From assembly GCA_045657245.1 (NCBI GenBank), contig JAZOSQ010000034.1, forward strand, positions 2,555 to 66,554: DNA of 64,000 nucleotides, given 5' to 3'. The translations under genes and the position numbers were made by a program. This DNA is from Eubacteriales bacterium. Its GTDB lineage: Bacteria; Bacillota; Clostridia; Oscillospirales; CAG-382. Within the stretch, counting starts at the first letter, position 1, and each line of letters begins with the position of its first letter. This document shows positions 17,864-27,288 of the stretch, one piece after another. The notes below the pieces were generated by a model that did not search any database, was not told the origin of the DNA, and saw nothing but the letters and a program-made list of their open reading frames with translations.

Positions 17864-18189
17864 CAATATTCCTCCAGATTGTAAGGATTTGTAAGCTTTA
17901 TAAGAAGTGCCGTGTCGTCGTCGGATTGCATCTTGTTGTTGCGTTCCGCACCGCAAACGACACATTTGTGTGTTATAACAAACCCCTTCTTTGTGTTGAC
18001 GGTAACAGCGCTCGGCTTCATAAGACCGCCGCAATCGGAAGCTCGGTCGCCAGGATTGACGTCAAGGTGTCTCGAATAAAGACAGAAGGGACAATGGTTT
18101 CTCGAGCTGTATCCAAGCGGAGGAACTTCACGTCCGCAGTTGCCACAGATAAAACCGCTGTCGTTTTTTGTAAATACTTTGTTTTCCAT
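17863..18189 (-). CDS. RNHCP-domain zinc-ribbon protein
   Basis: Literal SSRNHCPFCLYSRH motif plus CGNCG and CVVCG cysteine pairs. The 108-aa size is typical of the family. Confidence 0.8.
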   Translation of the reverse strand: MENKVFTKNDSGFICGNCGREVPPLGYSSRNHCPFCLYSRHLDVNPGDRASDCGGLMKPSAVTVNTKKGFVITHKCVVCGAERNNKMQSDDDTALLIKLTNPYNLEEY

Positions 18190-18301
18190 AAAACTAAATT
18201 CCTAAAACGATTGTAAACTTTTCAAAAAAGGGTTTTATTTTTCATTCGAATATAGTATAATACAGTTTTGTAAGAAAATCAACCGCAAAAGGAGTATAAA
18301 T

Positions 18302-19402
18302 ATGGATAAAAAAGAACAACCCCCCGAAAATATATCCTGCAACTCAAAAAGACGTGGTGCTGTTGGGGGGCAGGCGATAATCGAAGGCGTTATGATGCGT
18401 AGCAAGAGCCATACAGCAATCGCCGTTCGCCGTCTTGACAATAAGAAGATAACCGTTTCGAGAAAGGATAATTCCTCGATATCTGATAAATTCAAATTCC
18501 TCAAATGGCCCATCATAAGAGGTGTTGTTAACTTTATTGAATCGATGATACTTTCCTTCTCGACGATAACCGAAGGAACCGAAATGCTCGGACTTGAAGT
18601 CGAGGAAGAAGAACAATCGAAGTTCGATAAATGGCTCGAAGAAAAATGCGGAGAATGGATAATCCCCGTTATTTCTGTTGTTTCCGTGATTTTGGGTGTT
18701 CTTTTGGCTGTCGGCCTTTTCATATGGCTTCCCACGTTCGTCGGCGACCTTTTCTTTGGAACGAGCCGTGTTTCCCAAAGCTTCGGCGCGGGTGCTTGGA
18801 GAAGTATCGTTGAAGGCGTGTTAAAGGTTATAATCTTCATCGCATATATCTGGCTCACGGCACTCATACCCGATATGAAACGTGTTTATATGCATCACGG
18901 CGCAGAACATAAAAGCATCTTCTGTTACGAAGCAGAGCTTGAACTCACCGTTGAAAACGTGAAGAAACAGTCGCGTTTCCACCCCCGTTGCGGAACCTCT
19001 TTTATGTTCTCGATGATATTGCTTTCAATCGCAATCGGTATAATCTTCCTTTGGGCGATAAAGACCGTTTGGTTGAGAAGCTTGTTGAAGCTTTTGCTTC
19101 TCCCCTTGACCGTCGGTATCGGATATGAATTCATTCGTTATGCCGGAAAACACGATAATGCGCTCATCCGTGCGCTTTCCGCACCCGGACTCTGGATGCA
19201 GAAATTGACCACAAAAGAACCCGATGACGAAATCATCGAGGTTGCGATAACTGCGCTCAAATCCGCGCTCCCCGAGGACTTCCCGAACTTCTATGAAGAC
19301 TTCAAGGCGGCGTACGAAGCGGAAGAAAATGCAAATAATTCCGAAGAAACCGAAGAAACGAAAGATGTTGAAACGGTTGAGGAGGCAGAAATTGAAGCTT
19401 AG
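18302..19402 (+). CDS. DUF1385-family membrane protein
   Basis: N-terminal GGQAIIEGVMMR motif, HGAEHK motif, TM helices. It is in the conserved position directly upstream of prmC. Confidence 0.85.
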   Translation: MDKKEQPPENISCNSKRRGAVGGQAIIEGVMMRSKSHTAIAVRRLDNKKITVSRKDNSSISDKFKFLKWPIIRGVVNFIESMILSFSTITEGTEMLGLEVEEEEQSKFDKWLEEKCGEWIIPVISVVSVILGVLLAVGLFIWLPTFVGDLFFGTSRVSQSFGAGAWRSIVEGVLKVIIFIAYIWLTALIPDMKRVYMHHGAEHKSIFCYEAELELTVENVKKQSRFHPRCGTSFMFSMILLSIAIGIIFLWAIKTVWLRSLLKLLLLPLTVGIGYEFIRYAGKHDNALIRALSAPGLWMQKLTTKEPDDEIIEVAITALKSALPEDFPNFYEDFKAAYEAEENANNSEETEETKDVETVEEAEIEA

Positions 19403-20240
19403 AGATTACAGAAACAAACTCCGTGAAATACTCATAGAAATTTCTCCCGAAGAAGGCGACGTTATCGCCGATATGCTTCTCTGCGAAGCACTTTCGATGG
19501 AACGCGGAACACTTCTCGCAAAGCTTGACGACGAGGTTTCTCAATCGATCGACCCGTTCATAAGCGGTGCCGTATTCCAACTTTCGCTCGGAAAACCCTT
19601 GCAATACGTTCTCGGTAAATGCAATTTCTATGGTTATGATATTTCCGTCGGCGACGGTGTTTTCATACCGAGAAGCGATACCGAAATTGGTGTTAAAGCG
19701 GCTTTGGGTGTTCTTAAAGACGGCGACCTTTTCGCTGATATTTGCAGCGGAAGCGGTTGTATCGCAAAAGCAATTGCGGCAGAAAAACCCACTGTAAGCG
19801 GTTATGCCCTCGAACTTTCAAGAAAAGCGTTGCCTTTCACAGAAAAGAACCTTGCAGAACAAAAAAACGTTTCGGTCCGTCGCTTTGATGCGCTCGACGA
19901 GGATGATTATATCGAACTTGCGTCGATTTTGGAAAGACCGTTAGACCTTGTAATCTGCAACCCGCCTTATATTCCCACAGAAGATATAAAAAACCTCTCG
20001 CCACAGGTTGGTTTCGAACCCGAAACAGCGCTCGATGGCGGCGAAGACGGGCTCAGATATTACCGAATGGTGACGGCGCTTGTGCCTCATATCCTCAAAA
20101 AAGACGGCATTCTGATCTATGAAATCGGCATCGACCAATGTGAAGACGTTTCCCGTATTTTGCAGGAAAGCGGTTTCAGTGTTGCCGTGTTGAAGGATTA
20201 CGGAAAAATAGACCGTATACTTTTGGCAAAAAAATGTTGA
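19392..20240 (+). CDS. prmC: Peptide chain release factor N5-glutamine methyltransferase
   Basis: NPPY motif (ICNPPYIP) and SAM-binding DICSGSGCIA. The start is assigned to the in-frame TTG at 19392, 7 nt after GAGGAGG; the ORF-track ATG at 19293 would overlap DUF1385 by 110 nt. Confidence 0.9.
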   Translation: MKLRDYRNKLREILIEISPEEGDVIADMLLCEALSMERGTLLAKLDDEVSQSIDPFISGAVFQLSLGKPLQYVLGKCNFYGYDISVGDGVFIPRSDTEIGVKAALGVLKDGDLFADICSGSGCIAKAIAAEKPTVSGYALELSRKALPFTEKNLAEQKNVSVRRFDALDEDDYIELASILERPLDLVICNPPYIPTEDIKNLSPQVGFEPETALDGGEDGLRYYRMVTALVPHILKKDGILIYEIGIDQCEDVSRILQESGFSVAVLKDYGKIDRILLAKKC

Positions 20241-20251
20241 CAATATGATAA

Positions 20252-20297
20252 ATCCGTACTATTATTATATATTATATAGTAGTACGGATTTTTTTGC
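20252..20297 (+). terminator. Rho-independent terminator after prmC
   Basis: Stem ATCCGTACTA/TAGTACGGAT (10 bp) with an AT-only loop, followed by a T7 run. Confidence 0.75.
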
Positions 20298-20310
20298 TGT
20301 ATTGGTGCTT

Positions 20311-21117
20311 ATGAAAAGAATCGAATCACGTAATAACCCAACGATAAAGAATATGACCGCTTTGCGTGATAACCGCAACAGAAGGAAGGAACGCCTTTTC
20401 TATTTTGAGGGTGTTCACCTTTTGGAAGAATATCTCCGTTCGGGAAATACTCCCGAAATGCTTTTTGTAAGGGAAGATGTGACCGAACGTTATTCCGAGC
20501 TTATCGAAAAAGCGAATTGCGAGGTATATGAGGTTACTGAATCGGTATATGATAAATTAAGCGACGAAAAAGCTCCTCAGGGAATTTTTGCGGTTTCGCG
20601 CTTTTTGGATAATATCGTTTTCCTTGATGAAAGCACGATCGACCGTCTGCCCGAATATGTTGAGGGTAACTCGATAATGCTTTGCGACCTTCAGGATATG
20701 GGAAACGTCGGCACGATAATAAGAACCTCGGCGGCAATGGGCTGTGACGTTATACTTTGCGGAACTTGTGCCGATATCTATTCGTCAAAAACCGTTCGTG
20801 CAACTATGGGTGCAATGTTTATGAACGGTGTTTATGTTTGCCCTTCTCCTGAAAAAGCGATAGAATCGCTCCGAAAGGGGAATAAACGCGTCATCGCAAC
20901 CGCGCTCACAGATAAAGCGGAAACTTTGGGTGAGTTCGACGTTTTGAAAGATGATTGCTTTGTTATCGGAAACGAAGGCAAGGGATTGACAAAATCGGTT
21001 ATCGATGCTTGTGATTTCACGACGATAATTCCGATGTCGGGCAGAACAGAAAGTCTTAACGCCGCTTCCGCTTCTTCGATGATACTTTGGGAAGTCAGAA
21101 GGGGGGAACGTTTTTGA
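20311..21117 (+). CDS. TrmH/SpoU-family RNA 2'-O-methyltransferase
   Basis: SpoU motifs (VIGNEGKGL; IPMSGRTESLNAASAS) and an N-terminal substrate-binding domain. The start is placed at MKRIESRNNP, after the terminator. Confidence 0.85.
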   Translation: MKRIESRNNPTIKNMTALRDNRNRRKERLFYFEGVHLLEEYLRSGNTPEMLFVREDVTERYSELIEKANCEVYEVTESVYDKLSDEKAPQGIFAVSRFLDNIVFLDESTIDRLPEYVEGNSIMLCDLQDMGNVGTIIRTSAAMGCDVILCGTCADIYSSKTVRATMGAMFMNGVYVCPSPEKAIESLRKGNKRVIATALTDKAETLGEFDVLKDDCFVIGNEGKGLTKSVIDACDFTTIIPMSGRTESLNAASASSMILWEVRRGERF

Positions 21118-22304
21118 AAGACGAAATACTCTATATTTGGCTTCAACAAGCGGTAGGCATTTATTCGAGATTGCCGAGCGAAATATTTCCGAGGTTTAAC
21201 AGTATATCGGAAATTTATGAATGTGACGATTTTTCGTTCCTCGGCGAAAAACGTGAAAAATATATAACCCGTCTTAGAGCAAAGAATATTTCTCCTGCGT
21301 TCGAGGTTATGAAACGCTGTCAGACGATGGGAGTTACCGTCACGGGTTATTATGACGAGCTGTATCCGAACTCGTTAAGAAAAATCCAAAACCCGCCCGT
21401 CGCGCTATATTCGATAGGCAGGTTCAAGAATCTAAACGATATACCCTGTGTCGCAATCGTCGGAACAAGAAAAATGACCGACTATGGAAGGGAAACGGCG
21501 GAGAATTTCGCATATAACTTTTCAAAAAGCGGTGCTGTGGTTATAAGCGGTCTTGCAAAGGGTGTTGATACCGCCGCTCATCGAGGTGCCGTTATGGCAG
21601 ACGGATATACCGTCGGTGTTTTGGGTAATCCTATCGGAGATATATACCCGAAGGAAAACAAAAAAGCGTTCGAAAAACTTTATGAATGCGGTTTGGTGGT
21701 AAGTGAGCTTTATCCGGGTGCACCGAGAACAAAAGCTGATTTCCCGAACCGTAACAGAATCATAAGCGGAATAAGCGACGTCGTTGTTATCGCCGAAGCA
21801 GGTGCAAACAGCGGTGCGCTCATAACCGCAAAACACGCGCTCGAACAGGGAAAGGGCATCTTCGCAGTTCCCGGCTCGATAGGTGCGGAGAACGCGGGTA
21901 CGAACCAACTTATAAAACAAGGCGTACCGATTGCGACAGACCCGAATGACGTTTTGTCTTCATTGTCGCTTGAATACCCCGAAAAGATACATTTCTATGA
22001 ACCCTCGGTTACGGCGAATTTGCGGTCCTACGGAACCGTGATTTCGAGAAACAGGGATAAAGACCTGAAACAACAAATCCTCGCCGAAGCCGAGCCCGAA
22101 GAAAAGGTTTTGGAAAAGGAATCTGTTTCGGGCGGAATATCCGAAAGGATAAGGGAATTGCTCAAGGACAGCAATCCCATGACAGCCGATGAAATCGCAA
22201 TCGATCTCGGAATCGACGTTTCGTCGGTAATGACAGAACTAACGCTTATGGAGATCGACGGAAGCGTGAATGTTTCCGCCGGCGGAAGATATACATACAG
22301 ATAA
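21114..22304 (+). CDS. dprA: DNA-processing protein DprA (Smf)
   Basis: Rossmann-like core motif SGLAKGVDTAAHRGA and a C-terminal winged-helix tail. The TTG at 21114 is preceded by AAGGGGGGA; the TTG at 21087 is an alternative start. Confidence 0.85.
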   Translation: MKDEILYIWLQQAVGIYSRLPSEIFPRFNSISEIYECDDFSFLGEKREKYITRLRAKNISPAFEVMKRCQTMGVTVTGYYDELYPNSLRKIQNPPVALYSIGRFKNLNDIPCVAIVGTRKMTDYGRETAENFAYNFSKSGAVVISGLAKGVDTAAHRGAVMADGYTVGVLGNPIGDIYPKENKKAFEKLYECGLVVSELYPGAPRTKADFPNRNRIISGISDVVVIAEAGANSGALITAKHALEQGKGIFAVPGSIGAENAGTNQLIKQGVPIATDPNDVLSSLSLEYPEKIHFYEPSVTANLRSYGTVISRNRDKDLKQQILAEAEPEEKVLEKESVSGGISERIRELLKDSNPMTADEIAIDLGIDVSSVMTELTLMEIDGSVNVSAGGRYTYR

Positions 22305-22327
22305 ACAGGATAAATTGGAGATAATTG

Positions 22328-24559
22328 ATGAACACACTCGTAATCGTCGAATCGCCTCACAAAGCGAATACGATAAAAGGATTTCTCGGCAAGGGATATA
22401 AGGTAAAGGCGTCCAAAGGCCATGTGCGTGACCTTCCGAAAAGCAAGCTCGGTATCGAAATCGAAAACGATTTTGAACCGCAGTATATCAATATTCGCGG
22501 CAAGGGCGAACTCATTAATGAACTTCGTAAGGAAGCAAAGGCAGCCGACCGAGTATTTCTTGCGGCCGACCCTGATCGTGAAGGCGAAGCAATAAGTTGG
22601 CATCTCGCAAACGTGCTCAACATCGATCCGTCGAAGGTTAAACGTATCACCTTCAACGAAATCACAAAGAACACCTTGAAGGAAGCGATAAAGCATCCGA
22701 GAGATATCGATATGAACCTTGTCAACAGCCAACAGACAAGACGTATTCTCGATAGATTGGTTGGTTATAAGATAAGCCCGTTCCTCTGGAGACATATCAA
22801 AAACGGTCTTTCTGCAGGACGTGTTCAGTCGGTAACTACGAGAATCATTGTTGAACGCGAACAGGAGATAAACTCCTTCGTTCCCGAAGAATATTGGCTC
22901 ATTTCCGCGCTTCTTAATACCGATAAGAACGAGGCGGTCAATGTTAAGTTCTATGGCAAGAACGGCAAAAAGCTCGACCTTTCGAACCAAGAACAGGTTA
23001 AAGACGTGCTCAACGCTGTCGATAAGAGCAATTTCAAAGTCGAATCGATAAAACGCGCTGTCAAGCAACGCCGTCCAGCGCCTCCCTTTACAACTTCTAC
23101 ACTCCAACAGGAAGCAAACCGTAAGCTTTCCTTCCAATCGCAGAAAACGATGCTTATCGCACAGGAGCTTTATGAAGGTGTCAATATCGGCGAAAAGAAC
23201 ACCTATGGTCTTATAACCTATATGCGTACCGACTCTCTCCGTATCTCCGACGAAGCGAGAGAAAGTGCAAAGAAGGTTATCGTTAATAACTACGGCGAGG
23301 ATTATTATCCCGCAACTCCCAATAAATACAAAATCAAGAAGAACTCCCAAGACGCCCACGAAGCAATCCGTCCGACCGACCCCTCGATAACCCCCGATAT
23401 GATAAGAGGCAAGGTCACGAACGACCAATACAAGCTTTATAAATTGATTTGGGACCGTTTCATTGCTTCCCAGATGTCGCCCGAGCTTCGTGATACCGTC
23501 ACAGCGGATATCGTTTCGGGAGGATATACCTTCCGTGCAAACGGACATAATATCAAATTCCGTGGCTTTGCAGCTGTCTACGGAGATATTGCTGACGATA
23601 ACTCCGATGAAGAAAGCGGAACGATGCTTCCCGAACTTTCCGAAGGCGAAGTGTTGAAAGCATCGGAAATCAATCCCGAACAGAAATTCACCCAACCGCC
23701 CCTTCGTTTCACCGAAGGTTCGCTTGTTAAGGTGCTTGAAGATAAGGGAATCGGCAGACCTTCAACCTACACCCCCACAATAACAACGATCATTTCGAGA
23801 GGGTATATCCGTCGCGAGGGCAAATTCCTTGTCCCGACCGAACTCGGAACGGTTACAACCGATATGATGATAAAATCCTTCTCCCATATCGTTGACTATA
23901 ACTTCACAGCGAATATGGAAGAAGACCTTGATAAGATCGAAGACGGAACCTCCGAATATATCGGCGTACTCCGTGAATTTTATTCGCAATTCTCGACTCA
24001 GCTTGAAGAAGCAGAAAAAACCTTGGGAAGCGAACGTGTTGAAGTTCCGAAGGTTGAAACGGGATTAATCTGCGAAAAATGCGGCGCGGTGATGATTGAA
24101 AAAACGGGAAGATACGGCAAATTCGCCGCTTGCCCGAACTATCCGAGATGTCGTAACACAAAACGTCTTGACGAAAAGGTCGAAAAGGAAGAAGAAAAGA
24201 AGACCCAAGAGGTCATTGCCGACGAAAAATGTCCGAACTGCGGAAACGATATGATACTCCGTAAAGGACCTCACGGAAACTTCTTCGCCTGCAGAAACTA
24301 TCCTGAATGTAAAACGGCAATCCCTTATCGTCGTGACAGTGGAATAACCTGTCCCGATTGCGGAAAACGCATTATGATAAAACAGACCAAGAGCAGAAAG
24401 AACTATTATGCTTGTGAGGATTATCCTCAATGCGGATTCTCCTCTTGGGACGTTCCCACAGAACGTCGCTGTCCCCAGTGCAATGCCCCCGTTCTCAAGA
24501 AGAAAACAAGAGAAATGTATTATTGCAAAAACGAATGCGGATGGAGCGAAGGAAAATGA
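22328..24559 (+). CDS. topA: DNA topoisomerase I
   Basis: Toprim motifs (LVIVESPHKA, DPDREGEAISWH), active-site region ITYMRTDS, and four C-terminal Cys4 zinc ribbons. Confidence 0.95.
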   Translation: MNTLVIVESPHKANTIKGFLGKGYKVKASKGHVRDLPKSKLGIEIENDFEPQYINIRGKGELINELRKEAKAADRVFLAADPDREGEAISWHLANVLNIDPSKVKRITFNEITKNTLKEAIKHPRDIDMNLVNSQQTRRILDRLVGYKISPFLWRHIKNGLSAGRVQSVTTRIIVEREQEINSFVPEEYWLISALLNTDKNEAVNVKFYGKNGKKLDLSNQEQVKDVLNAVDKSNFKVESIKRAVKQRRPAPPFTTSTLQQEANRKLSFQSQKTMLIAQELYEGVNIGEKNTYGLITYMRTDSLRISDEARESAKKVIVNNYGEDYYPATPNKYKIKKNSQDAHEAIRPTDPSITPDMIRGKVTNDQYKLYKLIWDRFIASQMSPELRDTVTADIVSGGYTFRANGHNIKFRGFAAVYGDIADDNSDEESGTMLPELSEGEVLKASEINPEQKFTQPPLRFTEGSLVKVLEDKGIGRPSTYTPTITTIISRGYIRREGKFLVPTELGTVTTDMMIKSFSHIVDYNFTANMEEDLDKIEDGTSEYIGVLREFYSQFSTQLEEAEKTLGSERVEVPKVETGLICEKCGAVMIEKTGRYGKFAACPNYPRCRNTKRLDEKVEKEEEKKTQEVIADEKCPNCGNDMILRKGPHGNFFACRNYPECKTAIPYRRDSGITCPDCGKRIMIKQTKSRKNYYACEDYPQCGFSSWDVPTERRCPQCNAPVLKKKTREMYYCKNECGWSEGK

Positions 24560-25569
24560 AAATAACCGTTGCAGTTGATATAATGGGTGGGGATAATCCC
24601 CCTTCCGAATTGGCGTCGGGCGCAATCCTTGCCGCTAACGAGTTTAGAAACGAAGGGCTCTCCCTCGTTCTTGTCGGAACAAAGGAAGCGCTTTCTGCCC
24701 TTCCCGAATTGCCCGAAAATATAGAAACCTTCGAAGCGAACAGCGTTGTCGAAATGACAGACGACCCTGCAATCGTTATGAAGGAAAAGAAGGATTCTTC
24801 TCTTTCCGAAGCGTGTAAGCTTTGTAAAGAAGGTAAAGCAGATGCCGTTGTCAGCGCAGGAAACACAGGTGCGCTTTTCACCGCCGCATCGCTTATAATC
24901 CGTCGTATAAAAGGTGTACGTCGTGCCGCACTCGGCTCGATAGTACCGCTTGAAAAACCGTTTGTGCTTTTAGATTGCGGTGCAAACCTCGATGCAACCC
25001 CCGACGTTTTGAAGCTTTATGCGAGAATGGGTTCGCTCTATGCCGAGAACGTTCTCGGTGTGGAAAAACCTCGTGTTGCACTTTTGAATAACGGCACAGA
25101 ATCACACAAGGGTACACCCCTTTATGCCGAAACATTCGCACTTCTATCAGAAGACGAATCTATCAATTTCGTCGGCAACTGCGAGGGTAAGGCAGTTCCT
25201 TTCGGTACTTGCGACGTTCTCGTCTGTGACGGATTTACAGGTAATATAACCCTTAAATTGATAGAGGGTATGGGCAAATTTATGTCCAAAGAGATCAAAG
25301 GAATTTTCAAAGCAGGTCCCGTTGCAATGCTCGGCGGTGCACTCACTTTGAAACAGACAAAATCTTTGAAAAAAAGGCTTGACCCTGCCGAATACGGCGG
25401 AGCGCCTTTCTTGGGACTTCAAAAGCCGGTTGTTAAGGCGCACGGAAGCTCGGATGCATATTCTTTCCGTTCTGCAATAAAACAGGTTATGCTTTATTGC
25501 CAAGGCGGAACGATAGAAAAAATATCCGAAACAATGTCCAAAAAAACGGAGTCCTTGTCGGAGGAATAA
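24556..25569 (+). CDS. plsX: Phosphate acyltransferase PlsX
   Basis: MKITVAVDIMGGDNPP N-terminus. ATGA overlap with the topA stop. The ORF-track start at 24430 lies inside topA. Confidence 0.9.
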   Translation: MKITVAVDIMGGDNPPSELASGAILAANEFRNEGLSLVLVGTKEALSALPELPENIETFEANSVVEMTDDPAIVMKEKKDSSLSEACKLCKEGKADAVVSAGNTGALFTAASLIIRRIKGVRRAALGSIVPLEKPFVLLDCGANLDATPDVLKLYARMGSLYAENVLGVEKPRVALLNNGTESHKGTPLYAETFALLSEDESINFVGNCEGKAVPFGTCDVLVCDGFTGNITLKLIEGMGKFMSKEIKGIFKAGPVAMLGGALTLKQTKSLKKRLDPAEYGGAPFLGLQKPVVKAHGSSDAYSFRSAIKQVMLYCQGGTIEKISETMSKKTESLSEE

Positions 25570-25574
25570 AATCA

Positions 25575-26294
25575 ATGAGTGAAGAAAAAGCATTTCGCTT
25601 TCTCGAACAGGAAATAAAATATACTTTTAACGATAAAAAGCTTCTTCAAATTGCGTTGACTCACCCTTCCTATTGCAACGAAAACCGAAAAAGGGGCTTT
25701 TCTGTAAGCAACCAGAGAAGCGAGTTTTTGGGTGATTCCATACTTTCGGTCATAACGGCTGAATTTCTTTTCAACCGCTTCACCGAAGAAGACGAGGGCT
25801 TTTTGACAAGAACCCGCGCCGCTTTGGTATGTGAAGATACTCTTGCAATATTCGCGAATAAGATATCGCTTGGCGACTATATGCTTTTCGGTAACGGCGA
25901 AGCCGTCGCTTCGGGCGGAAGACACAGAAAAAGCACCTTGGCAGACGCGTTTGAAGCTTTGATTGCCGCAATCTATCTTGACGGCGGTATGGATCCGGCA
26001 AAGGAATTTGTTTTGCCGTTTATTACATCAATTGTCGATACCTTGATAAAAACGGGAACAGAGGATTATAAATCCCGACTTCAACGCATCGTTCAACAAA
26101 CTCCCGAAGAAGTTTTGACATATACCCTCGTCGCCGAGGACGGCCCTGCACACGATAGGGTGTTCAGTTATGAGGTATATCTGAATTCGAACCTTCTCGG
26201 AAAAGGCAAGGGACGTTCAAAGCGCGAGGCCGAACAAGCGTCCGCAAGAGAAGCGCTCATACTTTTGGGTGAATTGGATGAAAACGCACCGTAA
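25575..26294 (+). CDS. rnc: Ribonuclease III
   Basis: Signature RSEFLGDSIL (ERLEFLGD-type) and a C-terminal dsRBD (GPAHDRVFSYEV...GKGRSKREAEQ). Confidence 0.9.
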   Translation: MSEEKAFRFLEQEIKYTFNDKKLLQIALTHPSYCNENRKRGFSVSNQRSEFLGDSILSVITAEFLFNRFTEEDEGFLTRTRAALVCEDTLAIFANKISLGDYMLFGNGEAVASGGRHRKSTLADAFEALIAAIYLDGGMDPAKEFVLPFITSIVDTLIKTGTEDYKSRLQRIVQQTPEEVLTYTLVAEDGPAHDRVFSYEVYLNSNLLGKGKGRSKREAEQASAREALILLGELDENAP

Positions 26295-27285
26295 TCTTCC
26301 GTTTTTCGTTCCTCATGCGGGTTGTCCGAACTGCTGTGTTTTCTGTTCTCAGGTCAAAATAACAGGCGAGAAGGCAGAAAAAGATATAAATATCGAGATC
26401 GAGGAACTCCGTTCTATGCTCGAATCGGAAAAAGGCGATTTCAAAGAAAGCCAAATTGCCTTTTTCGGCGGAAGCTTCACGGCAATCGAAAGAGAACGAA
26501 TGGAAAAGCTTCTCTCTGTCGCAAATGAATATATAGATTCGGGAGTTGCAACGGGTATAAGGATCTCGACCCGTCCCGATAAGATCGATGACGAGATTTT
26601 GTCGCTTCTCAAAAAATACCGTGTTACAAATATCGAACTCGGCGTACAGAGTACCGACGATTTTGTTCTCGAAAAAAGCGAGAGAGGACATATTGCAAAG
26701 GACTCCTTCGAATCGGCAAGAAAGATTATCGAAAACGGCTTCGTTTTCGGCGGTCAGATGATGATAGGTCTTCCCGGTTCGAATATCGATAACGAGGTTC
26801 AAACTGCAATCGATATCGTGTCTATGGGTGCAAAAGAAGCAAGAATCTATCCCACGGTTGTTTTTGAGGGCACGAAACTTTATGATATGGCGATGAATGG
26901 GGAATATACCCCTCTTACTGTCGAAGAAGCCGTGGAACGTACGGCGAAATGCGCGAGAATATTTTATGAATCGGGCGTGAAGCTTTTAAGAATCGGACTT
27001 CATGCTTCCGAAAACCTGAAAAACGCCCCCCTCGGCGCAAACCACCCCGCAATCGGCGAACTTGTAAAAAGCCGAATCTATGTTGATATAATTTCCGAAA
27101 AGGCGCAGGATTGCGAGGGTAAAAAACTTTTGATAAAAATATCAAAAAAAGATATTTCAATGCTTTCCGGACATAACGGACAGGCGATCGAACTTTTGAA
27201 AAAGAAAACCAAAGCAGCTGAAATAAAGATAATCGGGGAGGATTTACCCCGATTTAAGCCGATACTTGAAATTCAAGGAGAGTAG
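26278..27285 (+). CDS. Radical SAM protein (Elp3-like domain)
   Basis: CX3CX2C motif in HAGCPNCCVFCSQ. It overlaps the rnc stop. As far as I recall, a radical SAM gene between rnc and smc is common in clostridia. Confidence 0.8.
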   Translation: MKTHRNLPFFVPHAGCPNCCVFCSQVKITGEKAEKDINIEIEELRSMLESEKGDFKESQIAFFGGSFTAIERERMEKLLSVANEYIDSGVATGIRISTRPDKIDDEILSLLKKYRVTNIELGVQSTDDFVLEKSERGHIAKDSFESARKIIENGFVFGGQMMIGLPGSNIDNEVQTAIDIVSMGAKEARIYPTVVFEGTKLYDMAMNGEYTPLTVEEAVERTAKCARIFYESGVKLLRIGLHASENLKNAPLGANHPAIGELVKSRIYVDIISEKAQDCEGKKLLIKISKKDISMLSGHNGQAIELLKKKTKAAEIKIIGEDLPRFKPILEIQGE

Positions 27286-27288
27286 AAA

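Noticed and set aside
22028-23695. 555-aa ORF on the minus strand
   Set aside because: It lies entirely antisense to topA, whose Toprim, active-site and zinc-ribbon motifs are unambiguous. It has no RBS and a low-complexity, Phe/Ile/Arg-rich translation. It is a typical shadow ORF.
24430-24555. N-terminal extensions given by the ORF track, for example plsX from 24430, rnc from 25497, prmC from 19293, the flippase from 41731, the membrane protein from 53861, 16799-18034, the DUF4855-like gene from 14020, and hup from 44356
   Set aside because: Each extension overlaps the preceding well-supported gene or a terminator. In each case an internal start with a proper RBS gives the canonical family N-terminus, and those shorter coordinates were used.
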